Shown: in pieces, positions 50,526 through 59,797 of the stretch
How positions within the stretch are numbered: position 1 is the stretch's first letter
Layout: each line of letters opens with the position of its first letter
Assembly: GCA_018662305.1 (NCBI GenBank)
Contig: JABJGI010000069.1
Coordinates: forward strand, 1,358-65,357
DNA length: 64,000 nt
DNA from: Porticoccaceae bacterium
GTDB lineage: Bacteria > Pseudomonadota > Gammaproteobacteria > Pseudomonadales > GM7GCV1
Direction: 5' to 3'
Program-made: the position numbers and the translations under genes
Notes under the pieces: model-generated
The model's input: only the letters and a program-made list of their open reading frames with translations
What the model was told of the DNA's origin: nothing
Databases searched by the model: none

Positions 50526-51560
50526 TTGGGAGATACAACTAATTTGAACTTTGCCGGTTCGCACATTCTGAGTATTGATCAGTTTCAGCGCGAAGATATC
50601 CTCAAGATATTTTCTACTGCGGATATGATGGAGCCCTATGCGGCTCGACAGTCGCAGACTCGAGTATTGGAAGGCGCTATTCTCGGTAATATGTTCTTTG
50701 AATCCAGCACTCGTACTCGCATTAGCTTTGGCGCAGCCTTTAACTTGCTTGGCGGAGAAGTCCGGGAAACCAGCGGATTCGAAAGTTCTGCCATTGTTAA
50801 AGGAGAGTCTCTCAAAGATACGGCCAGAGTTCTATCCGGCTATAGCGACATCATCTGTATGCGCCACCCCACCGAAGGTTCTGTTGCCGAGTTTGCCTCC
50901 GCAAGTCGAGTGCCTGTCGTAAATGGTGGTGATGGTCACAACGAACATCCGACTCAAGCTTTGCTTGACCTCTACACCATTCAAAGAGAACTAAAAGGTA
51001 GTGGCGGGAATCTCGACAGCTTCCGGATTGCCATGATCGGCGATCTAAAGTTTGGTCGAACCGTGCATTCTCTGGCTCGCTTACTCTGTCTTTTTGATCC
51101 TTCGCGTATTGTCTTGGTATCTCCCCAAGAACTGTCCATGCCGGGTGAACTTGTTGAAGCATTGAAGGCTGCCGGGCATGAGGTAGTAGAAACTGATCAA
51201 CTCAATGAAGGCATTTCTGGAGTGGATATTGTCTATTCCACCCGTATCCAAGAGGAGCGTTTCCCTTCCGCAGAAGAGGCCGACCTCTATCGCGGAAAGT
51301 TTCGCCTCAATCAGGCAATCTATACGGAGAATTGTCAGCCCAATACCGTCATTATGCATCCGCTGCCGAGAGACAGCAGGGCAGAAGCCAATGAGTTAGA
51401 CAGTGACCTGGACAGCAATCCTAACCTGGCAATATTTCGGCAAGCAGACAATGGCGTGCTAGTGAGAATGGCGCTTTTTGCTCTGATATTTGATGTCGTG
51501 CATTTGGTAGATAAACACGCCAGCGAATTACCCTGGCGATCAACACGACACAATATCTGA
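50526..51560 (+). CDS. pyrB: Aspartate carbamoyltransferase catalytic chain, E. coli/archaeal type
   Basis: Motifs STRTR, KGES, HPTQ, TRIQEER (Arg/Gln Asp-binding pair) and HPLPR. The start is non-ATG (TTG at 50526 or 50544). No pyrI follows. Confidence 0.85.
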   Translation: MGDTTNLNFAGSHILSIDQFQREDILKIFSTADMMEPYAARQSQTRVLEGAILGNMFFESSTRTRISFGAAFNLLGGEVRETSGFESSAIVKGESLKDTARVLSGYSDIICMRHPTEGSVAEFASASRVPVVNGGDGHNEHPTQALLDLYTIQRELKGSGGNLDSFRIAMIGDLKFGRTVHSLARLLCLFDPSRIVLVSPQELSMPGELVEALKAAGHEVVETDQLNEGISGVDIVYSTRIQEERFPSAEEADLYRGKFRLNQAIYTENCQPNTVIMHPLPRDSRAEANELDSDLDSNPNLAIFRQADNGVLVRMALFALIFDVVHLVDKHASELPWRSTRHNI

Positions 51561-51570
51561 GCCATTTCTT

Positions 51571-52719
51571 TTGAATAGCACCGCCAGCTTCGACTTTGAA
51601 GACATTCGCCCCTACAAGGATGACGAAGTAGACGGAATAATTTCCGAGCTGGTTGCTGATCCAGAGTTTTTGACAGCCATAGCAACTCTGCGCGCGCCTC
51701 GCATGTTAAAAATATCCAGTGTTCTTACCAGGTATCTGGTGAGTCGAAAGCTTAAGCAGAAACTGGGGCAGTATCACAGCGTCGGTCAGCTGCAGATATC
51801 CGTAGAAAAATACCTCGGCCATTCTCTTGGCAATACCGCAAACTCGGTGACCTGCGAAGGGTTGGAGAAGCTCGACCCAGACAAAAACTATTTGTTTCTC
51901 TGTAACCATCGAGACATCGTTTTAGATCCTGCGATCTGCAATATGTTTCTGCACCGAGGAGGTTTTGACACCTTTCGCATTGCTATCGGTGACAACCTGC
52001 TAAAAAGACCATATTCCTCTCACCTGATGAGACTGAACAAGAGTTTCATCGTAAAGAGAGGAATTGAAAATCGAAGGGAAAAGCTTAGGGAACTGATTAA
52101 ACTTTCAGCTTATATACGCAAGTCTATTCAAGAGGATGCCCAGTCGGTCTGGATCGCTCACAAAGAAGGGCGCTCCAAAGACGGTCTGGATAAAACAGAT
52201 ACCGCACTTCTAAAGATGTTAAACCTATCGGGTGGCAAGGAGTTGGACTTCTCCCAGAAATCCCTTGGTTTACATATTGTTCCCACCGTAATTTCCTATG
52301 AGTGGGACCCCTGCGACCTAATGAAGGCTCGAGAGCTGACCGCGCTGGAAAAGCATGGCAGTTACGATAAGTCGGAAATGGAAGATATCAACAGCATTGC
52401 CACCAGTATTCAGGGGCAAAAGGGTGACGTGCATGTGAGCTTTGGTGATGAGCTCGATCAGCCCTTCGAGACTGCTGAAGAGATGGCTGATGAAGTGGAT
52501 CGTCAGATTTGGTCGAGCTACAAGCTGCACGCCAGCAATTTGGCAGCTTACCAGCGCCAAACCGGCGCGTTGCCAAGTTCGTTAGAAATTGATTCCGACA
52601 AGCTCAAAAAGGCGGATGCAGAGCTCCAACGCAGACTCAACGAGCTGCAAGCAGATGAGCAAGAAGTGCTATTAGATGCCTATGCCAACTCAGTGCGAAG
52701 CTGGTTGTCTACTCAATAA
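51571..52719 (+). CDS. PlsC-domain (glycerol/lysophospholipid) acyltransferase family protein, about 380-aa type
   Basis: 382 aa from a TTG start. The acyltransferase block is LFLCNHRDIVLDPA, followed by a HKEGRSKDG-type block. The substrate cannot be assigned. Confidence 0.75.
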   Translation: MNSTASFDFEDIRPYKDDEVDGIISELVADPEFLTAIATLRAPRMLKISSVLTRYLVSRKLKQKLGQYHSVGQLQISVEKYLGHSLGNTANSVTCEGLEKLDPDKNYLFLCNHRDIVLDPAICNMFLHRGGFDTFRIAIGDNLLKRPYSSHLMRLNKSFIVKRGIENRREKLRELIKLSAYIRKSIQEDAQSVWIAHKEGRSKDGLDKTDTALLKMLNLSGGKELDFSQKSLGLHIVPTVISYEWDPCDLMKARELTALEKHGSYDKSEMEDINSIATSIQGQKGDVHVSFGDELDQPFETAEEMADEVDRQIWSSYKLHASNLAAYQRQTGALPSSLEIDSDKLKKADAELQRRLNELQADEQEVLLDAYANSVRSWLSTQ

Positions 52720-52727
52720 GAAATGGC

Positions 52728-53636
52728 TTACTGAGAGAGTAAGAACTCGATAAGCGCTTTCTGCGCGTGCAGCCGATTTTCCGCCTCTTCCCAGACAATG
52801 CTGGTCTCAGGGTTATCAATGACCCCGGCGCTCACCTCGTAACCGCGATAGGCTGGCAAACAATGCAGGAAAACCGCATCTGATGCAGCTTGAGACATCA
52901 ACTCGTCGTCTACTTGGAAGCCCTCAAACGCCTGATTTCTGTTATCTTTTTCATCTTCCTGACCCATGGAGGCCCAGGTATCTGTCACCACGGCATTGGT
53001 TCCACGAACTGCCTCGGAAGGTGACCGTGTCAGCAGAATTCGATCGGCGTGTTGTGCTAAAAGCCCAGCATCCGGTTCAAAACCCTCAGGGCAGGCGATA
53101 CGCAGCTCAAAATCCCACTGAGCTGCAGCATTGATATAGCTGTTACACATGTTGTTGCCGTCGCCAACCCAAGCGATAGATTTACCCTGAATCGACCCTC
53201 TAGCCTCTTCGTAGGCCTGTATGTCTGCCAGCAACTGGCATGGATGGTAGCCATCCGTAAGTGCGTTGATTACCGGTACGCTGGAATCTGCGGCAAACTT
53301 TTCGATGCGGTCATGCTCGAAAGTCCGAATCATGACGATATCCACCATGCTCGAAATGACCTTGGCAGTATCTTCAATCGGCTCACCTCGGCCGAGCTGG
53401 GTATCATTTGGCGAGAGAAATAGCGCATGACCTCCCAGTTGAGCCATTCCGGCTTCAAAGGAAACCCTGGTTCGCGTTGAGGATTTCTCAAAAATCATCG
53501 CCATCACTTTGCCTTCAGCAGAAGAGTGCGGCTGGCCGCTGCGCTGTAAACTTTTTAATTCATGCGCGCGCTTTATGATGTCTCTCAGTTCAGCGGGAGA
53601 ACAATCTTTCAGTGTTAAAAAGTGTCGAGTTGCCAT
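52728..53636 (-). CDS. argF: Ornithine carbamoyltransferase (anabolic)
   Basis: 302 aa with STRTR, HPCQ, DTWASMG and HCLPAYRG motifs. The start overlaps the argD stop (TAATG). Confidence 0.94.
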   Translation of the reverse strand: MATRHFLTLKDCSPAELRDIIKRAHELKSLQRSGQPHSSAEGKVMAMIFEKSSTRTRVSFEAGMAQLGGHALFLSPNDTQLGRGEPIEDTAKVISSMVDIVMIRTFEHDRIEKFAADSSVPVINALTDGYHPCQLLADIQAYEEARGSIQGKSIAWVGDGNNMCNSYINAAAQWDFELRIACPEGFEPDAGLLAQHADRILLTRSPSEAVRGTNAVVTDTWASMGQEDEKDNRNQAFEGFQVDDELMSQAASDAVFLHCLPAYRGYEVSAGVIDNPETSIVWEEAENRLHAQKALIEFLLSQ

Positions 53637-54808
53637 TAGCTAGCCTGCCAATTCTTGATGAGAGGACAAAGGGTATCCACAAGAAGCTGAGCTTCTTCGT
53701 CTGACATGGTCAGGGCGGGCAGCAATCTAACTCTGTTGCCGCCGGTCACATTAATAATCAATCCAGCATCGGCTGCTGCTGCGACCAGTTCGCCACAGGA
53801 TGCTTCAAGCTCAATGGCGAGCATTAATCCGGCACCTCGAATATCTATCACATGATCGACTTCAGCCAACTCTTGTTTAAAAGCGTCCAGCAGCCAACTA
53901 CCCAGCTGGCTGGCTCGCTCACACAGATTCTGGTTCTCTATGGTGTCAATCACGGCACAGGCCGCCCTGCTAACGAGTGGATTCCCGCCAAAGGTTGAAC
54001 CGTGAGTGCCAGGCACCAAGAGAGCGGCCACTTTCTCTGTCGCAAGGCAGGCTCCAATGGGTAACCCATTGCCCAGGCCTTTGGCGGTTGCTAATACGTC
54101 GGGTTTTACGCCTTCGTGATCGCAGGCGAAGTAGCTTCCAGTTCGGCCGTTTCCGGTCTGAATTTCATCCAGTACAAGCAACCAACCCTTGCGATTACAC
54201 AAGTCTCTCAATTGTTTCAGGTAACCAGCAGGAGGAATAACAATGCCGGCTTCGCCCTGAATTGGCTCCAGCATTACCGCGACAGTATTTTCTGAAGCTG
54301 AGGCCTCAACTGCCTGAATGTCCCCATAGGCAATATGGGTAAAACCCTCTAGCAGAGGTGCAAAGCCATTTCTTGCCTTACTGCCCCAAGTGGCCGACAG
54401 AGCGCCCAGAGATCGACCGTGGAATGCACCTTCGCAAACCAAAATTTCCGGTATTTCGATTCCTTTACTATGGCCGTAGAGTCGACAAAGTTTGATGGCC
54501 GCTTCGTTGGCCTCTGTTCCCGAGTTACAAAAGAACGCCTTGTCTAGACCGCTCAGGCGACTCAACCTATCCCCCAGCTCTTGTTGCCAGGGAATATTGA
54601 ACAAATTTGAACAGTGAGTCAGTGATTTGGATTGTTCAGCAACCGCATCGGCAACATCCGGATGGCTGTGCCCAAGCCCACAAACTGCTAACCCCGTGAC
54701 CGCGTCAAGGTATTCCTTGCCCTGATCGTCCCACACGCGAGAACCCTGGCCGCCTACTAAAGTAAGTGCTCTATCGCCGTAGTTTCCCATCAAATGTGAG
54801 TTCTGCAT
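53636..54808 (-). CDS. argD: Acetylornithine aminotransferase
   Basis: Class-III aminotransferase with [12 protein letters not shown], a PLP-lysine region TAKGLGNG and an HLMGNYG N-terminus. ATG at 54808 is preferred over the adjacent GTG at 54811. Confidence 0.93.
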   Translation of the reverse strand: MQNSHLMGNYGDRALTLVGGQGSRVWDDQGKEYLDAVTGLAVCGLGHSHPDVADAVAEQSKSLTHCSNLFNIPWQQELGDRLSRLSGLDKAFFCNSGTEANEAAIKLCRLYGHSKGIEIPEILVCEGAFHGRSLGALSATWGSKARNGFAPLLEGFTHIAYGDIQAVEASASENTVAVMLEPIQGEAGIVIPPAGYLKQLRDLCNRKGWLLVLDEIQTGNGRTGSYFACDHEGVKPDVLATAKGLGNGLPIGACLATEKVAALLVPGTHGSTFGGNPLVSRAACAVIDTIENQNLCERASQLGSWLLDAFKQELAEVDHVIDIRGAGLMLAIELEASCGELVAAAADAGLIINVTGGNRVRLLPALTMSDEEAQLLVDTLCPLIKNWQAS

Positions 54809-54842
54809 CACCTTGCCCTCTGTGCTTTCCTGTAAAAAGGCT

Positions 54843-54875
54843 ATAAAAACAAAAGGGCAGCCCGTACAGCTGCCC
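54843..54875 (-). terminator. Intrinsic-terminator-like hairpin in the argD leader
   Basis: Minus-strand RNA reads GGGCAGC-UGUACGG-GCUGCCC (54875-54855) then UUUUGUUUUUAU (54854-54843), about 35 nt upstream of the argD ATG. Confidence 0.6.
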
Positions 54876-54888
54876 CAGAAAACCGCGC

Positions 54889-54917
54889 ATAATATCTCCG
54901 CTTATCTGTCTTGACAA
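54889..54917 (-). promoter_or_regulatory. Candidate sigma70 promoter of argD-argF (TTGTCA-N17-TATTAT)
   Basis: Read on the minus strand, the -35 is the complement of 54912-54917 and the -10 is the complement of 54889-54894. The -35 overlaps a plus-strand TTGACA (54911-54916). Confidence 0.55.
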
Positions 54918-55030
54918 TGGATTTGCCGAGGAATCGTCATTGCTTAAAACCCCGATTTCACTGCACAGAGGTAACTTTTGCTTCACCGAATCGGCTAGAA
55001 TTAGCCATCCGTTGTAAATTCGAATAGCCA

Positions 55031-58000
55031 ATGATTAGCAAGTTGTTTAAACCCGCCTGGGAACACAAGGACCCGGATCGTCGCCTTGCAGCAATAAACT
55101 CCTTTTCAGAAGACAACTCTGAGCAGCAGGAAATACTGCAAGGCATCGCCCAGTCTGATGCCGATGCTCGTGTCAGAGAAGGAGCGATATCCAGACTGAC
55201 TAACTTGCGCAACCTCGAACAGCTGCGTACTTCAGAATATGGCGACGAAGCTCAAGAGCGATTGAATGAACTCATTAGCTCCAAAGATGATCGCCATCAA
55301 TCCTTGATATCAGACTTTGTTTCTGCTGCAGAACCCCAGACGCTTTTATCTATTCTATGTCACTGCCCCAATTCCGATGCGAGAAGCACTGCGCTTATTC
55401 GATTGACAGATGACAAATCAGAGCAGGGTCAGGAATCTTTTGCTCAGATCGCCTCAGACTCCGAGTTTTCCGATACCCGAGAAGCGGCCGCGGAACTCGT
55501 AAATCGCCTCGACCTGCTTGAGCCACTTTGGAAAAAGGCGCGCGAGCGCGACAAGAATCTGGCCAAGAAGCTGCATGACCGAATAGAGGATCTGCAGAAA
55601 ATCGAGCGTCGTCGTGCTGAAGTCGCCGAACAAGCTGAAGTCATTATCAGCGCCATGACCGAGCTCAAAAGTTCTACCTGGACCCCTCAATACAACCTCA
55701 AGTTTTTAGCCTTGGTAAATCAGTGGCAAGAAGTTGAATCAGAAGTTGAAGTGGATCTTGGCGACAAATACAGAGAGTTGGCCATTAGCGTTGAAGCCGT
55801 GGTTCTGGAGCACCGGAAGGTGCTGGAACTGATGGAACAGCAGAGACAGTTACTTACCGACGCCGAACAACTCATGTCAGATGCTCAGGCCTTGACCCTT
55901 GAAGAGCTGGATGTGCAGATGGAGCGTTGGGTAATGCTGCGCCGCATCTGGTTGGATTCTTTGAGTATCACCATCCCGGAAGAGGCCTCAGGTCAGCGTT
56001 TTGATCAGGTCGGCGCTTATTTTGTGGCTCTTGAAAGGATCATTGCCAATAAAGAATCTTTTGTATCAAAAGAGTCTGAGACCCAAGAACAGAGCGAGCC
56101 TGAGCAAGAAGAAACTCCGGAACAAAGTCCGGAGCAGGCAGAATCAGAGTCCGAAACCCCCGAGCCTGAAGCACCAGAAGCTGAAGCAGTTGAATCAGAA
56201 GCAACAGAGCCGGAAGAAGCAGAGCCAGAAGAAGCTGACCCTTCTGTAACAGAAGAGGAAGAGCCTTCAGCAGTTGAAGAGCCCTCAGCGGACAAGGAGC
56301 CATCAGTAAATAAAGAGCCCTCAGCCGTAGAAGAGCCCTCGGCCGATAAAGAGCCTTCAGCCGATAAAGAGCCCTCAGCCGATAAAAAGCCCCAGTCAGT
56401 CGATCACAAAGCTCAGATCGCCTCGATGAAAGCGGCCATAAAAAAGATTTCCTGGCCAGATGGTCTGACAGAACCGGAGGCGCTTCTCGGTCTAAAGAAT
56501 CAGCTGCGAGAGCAGGAAGCTGCGCACAAAGAGCAGATCGCCGAAGCAAAGCAACAAATTGAGTCGCTGTCGAAGCAAATGGGTCGTTTAAATGGCGCGG
56601 TAAAACGTGGCGATCTAAAGATGGCCCGTGGCGTCTACAAAAAAATCGAAACACGCTTTGCGCGCCTTGCTGCTAATCAGCAAAGCAAAATGCAGGAACA
56701 GTGGGACAAAGCCGAAAAGAGCTACAAAGAAATGCTCGACTGGAAGGAATTTGCCATTCAGCCCAAGTTTGTAGAGCTTTGTGAGCAAATGGAGGCCCTG
56801 GCTGAGAAGGGAGCCAGCTCCGGGTCGAATTCAAAAACTGCACCGCAGAAACAGGCGGAAGAAATTAAAAAGCTTCAGGCCAGCTGGAAGACGCTGGAGG
56901 CCCTAGCTCCAGATGAAGTTTGGCAACGATTCAAACAGGCTGGCGACAAAGCCTTTGAACCCTGTGCCGCCTACTACGCTGAACTGGACGTGATTCGAGC
57001 CAAGAATCTTGAACAACGTAAGCTCGTCGTCGAAAAATTACGGAGCCTCGCAGAGTTGCCCGAAAGCAAAGAATGGCAGGATTCTCCAGACTGGAAATCT
57101 TTACGCAATAAACTTCGAGAAATACGCGAAGAGTGGCGCAAATACGCCGAGGTTGATCAGCAGAAATGCCGCAAGCTGGGTAAAAAATATGCAGATCTTG
57201 CCAAGAAAGTAGAGAAGCACATCAAAACAGAGAGTCAGGCTAACCTGGCGCGTAAAAAGCAGCTAGTCGATCGTGCCGTGGCAATGTCCGCCCTTGATGC
57301 GGCCGCGATTTCTCTTGACCAATTAAAAGACTTGCAGGGTAGCTGGAAACATATCGGTATTACCGAACGTCGTGACGACCAGAAACTCTGGAAAAAATTT
57401 CAGGAAGCCTGCGATGCCGTTTTTGCCAAGCATCGAGAAAAAATTGATGCCAGCAGGGCGGAAGAAAAAGAGCAAGCCGATCTTGCCAAGAAAGTGATTC
57501 AATCCATTCGCGCACTGGCAAAAACTGAAGAGGGCGCTGCGCCCAACGAAGCCCAATTAAAAACACTTCAGGATGAATATCGCGAACTACCCAGATTGCA
57601 TGAATCGGTGCAGAAAAACCTGGATCGCGACATGCGCAAGGCGGTGGATGGCGTTGAATCATCCGTCAAAAAATATAAGCGCGATAAAGCAAATCAGCAT
57701 TTTGTCGAAATGCAACGACGCGCGGAGTTATGCGCCGGGTTGGAAACGCTCGACCCGGAGAAAGATTCCGCCAAAGTAGAAAAGCTGTTGGCCAAATGGG
57801 AAGAGCAGAGTCTACCTTCCGAAGCTGCACAGCTTATGGAACAGCGCAAAGAGGCTGCACTAGCGAAAAAATTTGGTAAAGCGGATACCGATGAAGCCGA
57901 GCGCGCGCGCCGTCTAGTTTGCATAGAGCTGGAAACACTTACTGGCAAAGAAACGCCAGCAGAAGACCAAGCCCTAAAAATGCAGTATCAACTGGAGCAG

Positions 58001-58162
58001 ATGAAATCTAAAGGCTTGGGTGCGAACACCACTCAGGATATCTCAAAGGTAATCGAGGGCGCTCGAAAATCCTGGTACGGCAGTCCTGCCTCTGCCAAAA
58101 AAGTACAGAAGGAACTGGATGAGCGCTTCCATCAATTGATTCAACTGGCAGATGCCAAATAA
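55031..58162 (+). CDS. DUF349 repeat protein with N-terminal HEAT-like repeats and central acidic low-complexity region
   Basis: 1043 aa. The C-terminal 600 aa carry repeated DUF349-type units (LQASWKTL..VWQRFKQAGDKAF; LQGSWKHIG..LWKKFQEACDAVF; IREEWRKYAE). The N-terminus has HEAT-like DxxxR repeats. The middle is an E/P-rich tract. Confidence 0.88.
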   Translation: MISKLFKPAWEHKDPDRRLAAINSFSEDNSEQQEILQGIAQSDADARVREGAISRLTNLRNLEQLRTSEYGDEAQERLNELISSKDDRHQSLISDFVSAAEPQTLLSILCHCPNSDARSTALIRLTDDKSEQGQESFAQIASDSEFSDTREAAAELVNRLDLLEPLWKKARERDKNLAKKLHDRIEDLQKIERRRAEVAEQAEVIISAMTELKSSTWTPQYNLKFLALVNQWQEVESEVEVDLGDKYRELAISVEAVVLEHRKVLELMEQQRQLLTDAEQLMSDAQALTLEELDVQMERWVMLRRIWLDSLSITIPEEASGQRFDQVGAYFVALERIIANKESFVSKESETQEQSEPEQEETPEQSPEQAESESETPEPEAPEAEAVESEATEPEEAEPEEADPSVTEEEEPSAVEEPSADKEPSVNKEPSAVEEPSADKEPSADKEPSADKKPQSVDHKAQIASMKAAIKKISWPDGLTEPEALLGLKNQLREQEAAHKEQIAEAKQQIESLSKQMGRLNGAVKRGDLKMARGVYKKIETRFARLAANQQSKMQEQWDKAEKSYKEMLDWKEFAIQPKFVELCEQMEALAEKGASSGSNSKTAPQKQAEEIKKLQASWKTLEALAPDEVWQRFKQAGDKAFEPCAAYYAELDVIRAKNLEQRKLVVEKLRSLAELPESKEWQDSPDWKSLRNKLREIREEWRKYAEVDQQKCRKLGKKYADLAKKVEKHIKTESQANLARKKQLVDRAVAMSALDAAAISLDQLKDLQGSWKHIGITERRDDQKLWKKFQEACDAVFAKHREKIDASRAEEKEQADLAKKVIQSIRALAKTEEGAAPNEAQLKTLQDEYRELPRLHESVQKNLDRDMRKAVDGVESSVKKYKRDKANQHFVEMQRRAELCAGLETLDPEKDSAKVEKLLAKWEEQSLPSEAAQLMEQRKEAALAKKFGKADTDEAERARRLVCIELETLTGKETPAEDQALKMQYQLEQMKSKGLGANTTQDISKVIEGARKSWYGSPASAKKVQKELDERFHQLIQLADAK
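56261..56386 (+). repeat. 7 x 18-bp in-frame tandem repeat (GAGCCNTCRGYNGWNRAR; hexapeptide EPS[A/V][D/V/N][K/E])
   Basis: Units start at 56261, 56279, 56297, 56315, 56333, 56351 and 56369. The last three encode EPSADK and are nearly identical. Confidence 0.95.
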
Positions 58163-59756
58163 TACGAGCAAGCAGAGCGGTCCAAGCCTTGATGGCTCCA
58201 GAACGCTTCAACTCAGTATTTTTTCTAGCCGTGTTTCCTCCATAGCTGATGAGATGGGCGCGGTGCTGCGACGAGCGGCATTCTCCGCCAATATTAAAGA
58301 TCGACTGGACTATTCCTGCGCCATGTTTGATCCGCGGGGACAACTCATCGCTCAGGCCGCGCATATACCGGTGCATCTGGGTAGCATGGCCTTTGCCATG
58401 GTCGACTTGGTTGAAAGCCACAACTGGCAGGACGGCGATACGCTGGTTCTGAACGACCCTTTCAAGGGCGGCACCCATCTTCCTGATGTCACTCTTGTGT
58501 CTCCGGTCTTTGTTGAAGGTCAGCTAGCTGGATTTGTTGCCAACAGGGCGCACCATGCGGATATCGGCTCAGAAGCTCCGGGTTCGATGCCTCTCTCCTC
58601 TTCTCTGCTTGAAGAGGGCGTTATTATTTCGCCGACCTTGATGGCCGCCAAATCAAAGATATTGCCCGAGGTATTTGACCGGCTCACCGAAAAACTCGGT
58701 GAAAACTCGCGCGGAGATTTTGTAGCGCAATGGAGCGCCAATCGACGAGGCATTCAGCGATTGCAAGCTTTGATTCAAACTGCCGGAATCGAGAATTATC
58801 TAAACCAGGTCGATGACCTCAATACCTATGCAAGGGAACTGGCAAAGGTGTATTTTGGCAAACTGCCTAGGGGTAACTTCAAATTTCAAGACTATCTGGA
58901 TGACGATGGTCAGGGCACGGAGAATATTCTTCTCAAAACCAATGTCGAGATTTCCGAAGGCAGCATATTGGTTGATTTCAAAGGCAGTAGCGCGCAGGTT
59001 GCAGGAAACCTTAACTGTCCGCTCACAGTCACCGTAGCCGCCGTGCTTTACGTGTTCCGCTGCCTGTTACCAAGCGACGCACCTGCTTGTCATGGGCTAT
59101 TTCAGGGAATCAGTGTTTTCGCTCCCCAAGGCAGTATTTTGAATGCGGATTATCCCGCCGCCGTTGCAGCGGGTAATGTCGAAACTTCCCAGCGCGTTGT
59201 AGATCTTGTGCTGGGCGCTCTCGCAGCTGCCTTGCCCGACCTGATTCCGGCCGCTTCGCAGGGGACTATGAATAACTTGGCCATGGGTGGTGTTGTGGAT
59301 AGCGAGAACGAGAACGATGGCAAGAAGTGGAGTTACTACGAGACCATCTGCGGCGGAACAGGTGCGCATTCTCTAGGAGAGGGGCTGGATGCCACTCAGA
59401 GCCATATGACCAATACGCTGAATACACCAATAGAGGTGCTGGAAAGTAATTTCCCGTTGCGGCTGAGAGCCTATCGGTTGCGCTCTGGATCTGGAGGCAA
59501 AGGCGAATACTGCGGAGGCGAAGGGGTTATTCGGGAATATGAGTTTCTCGAAAATACTGAGGTTAGCCTGATCTCAGAACGAAGAACTCACCAGCCTTGG
59601 GGATTGAACGGAGGGGGCGAAGCAACGACCGGTGCCAACTACCTGAATGGTGAGAATGTGGGTGGGAAGAAACACATTTCGATAAAGCCGGGTGATCGTT
59701 TAAGGACTGAAACTCCGGGTGGCGGAGGGTGGGGCAACCCCAAAGGTATTATCTGA
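58152..59756 (+). CDS. Hydantoinase B / oxoprolinase family protein (HyuB-like)
   Basis: 534 aa with a family-typical N-terminus (SIADEMGAVLRRAAFSANIKDRLDYSCAMFDPRGQLIAQAAHIPVHLGSM). The ATG lies 11 nt inside the DUF349 gene. Confidence 0.88.
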   Translation: MPNNTSKQSGPSLDGSRTLQLSIFSSRVSSIADEMGAVLRRAAFSANIKDRLDYSCAMFDPRGQLIAQAAHIPVHLGSMAFAMVDLVESHNWQDGDTLVLNDPFKGGTHLPDVTLVSPVFVEGQLAGFVANRAHHADIGSEAPGSMPLSSSLLEEGVIISPTLMAAKSKILPEVFDRLTEKLGENSRGDFVAQWSANRRGIQRLQALIQTAGIENYLNQVDDLNTYARELAKVYFGKLPRGNFKFQDYLDDDGQGTENILLKTNVEISEGSILVDFKGSSAQVAGNLNCPLTVTVAAVLYVFRCLLPSDAPACHGLFQGISVFAPQGSILNADYPAAVAAGNVETSQRVVDLVLGALAAALPDLIPAASQGTMNNLAMGGVVDSENENDGKKWSYYETICGGTGAHSLGEGLDATQSHMTNTLNTPIEVLESNFPLRLRAYRLRSGSGGKGEYCGGEGVIREYEFLENTEVSLISERRTHQPWGLNGGGEATTGANYLNGENVGGKKHISIKPGDRLRTETPGGGGWGNPKGII

Positions 59757-59797
59757 CTCTACTTTTCCGCAGCTGGTAATGAGTTAGCTAAAGCTCT

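Noticed and set aside
54990-55025. TGTAAATTCGAATAGCC near the argD/DUF349 divergent region, and TGAAT-containing sites near argC, considered as E. coli-type ARG boxes
   Set aside because: None fits the TNTGAATWWWWATTCANW dyad. Only ATTCGAAT self-complementarity is present, so I cannot support an ArgR operator call.
56040-56654. 204-aa minus-strand ORF (and the 92-aa ORF at 56017-56295) antisense to the DUF349 acidic/repeat region
   Set aside because: It is generated by the stop-free complement of GAG/GAA/CCN-rich repeats. The product is Leu/Arg/Ala low-complexity sequence, and there is no independent start context.
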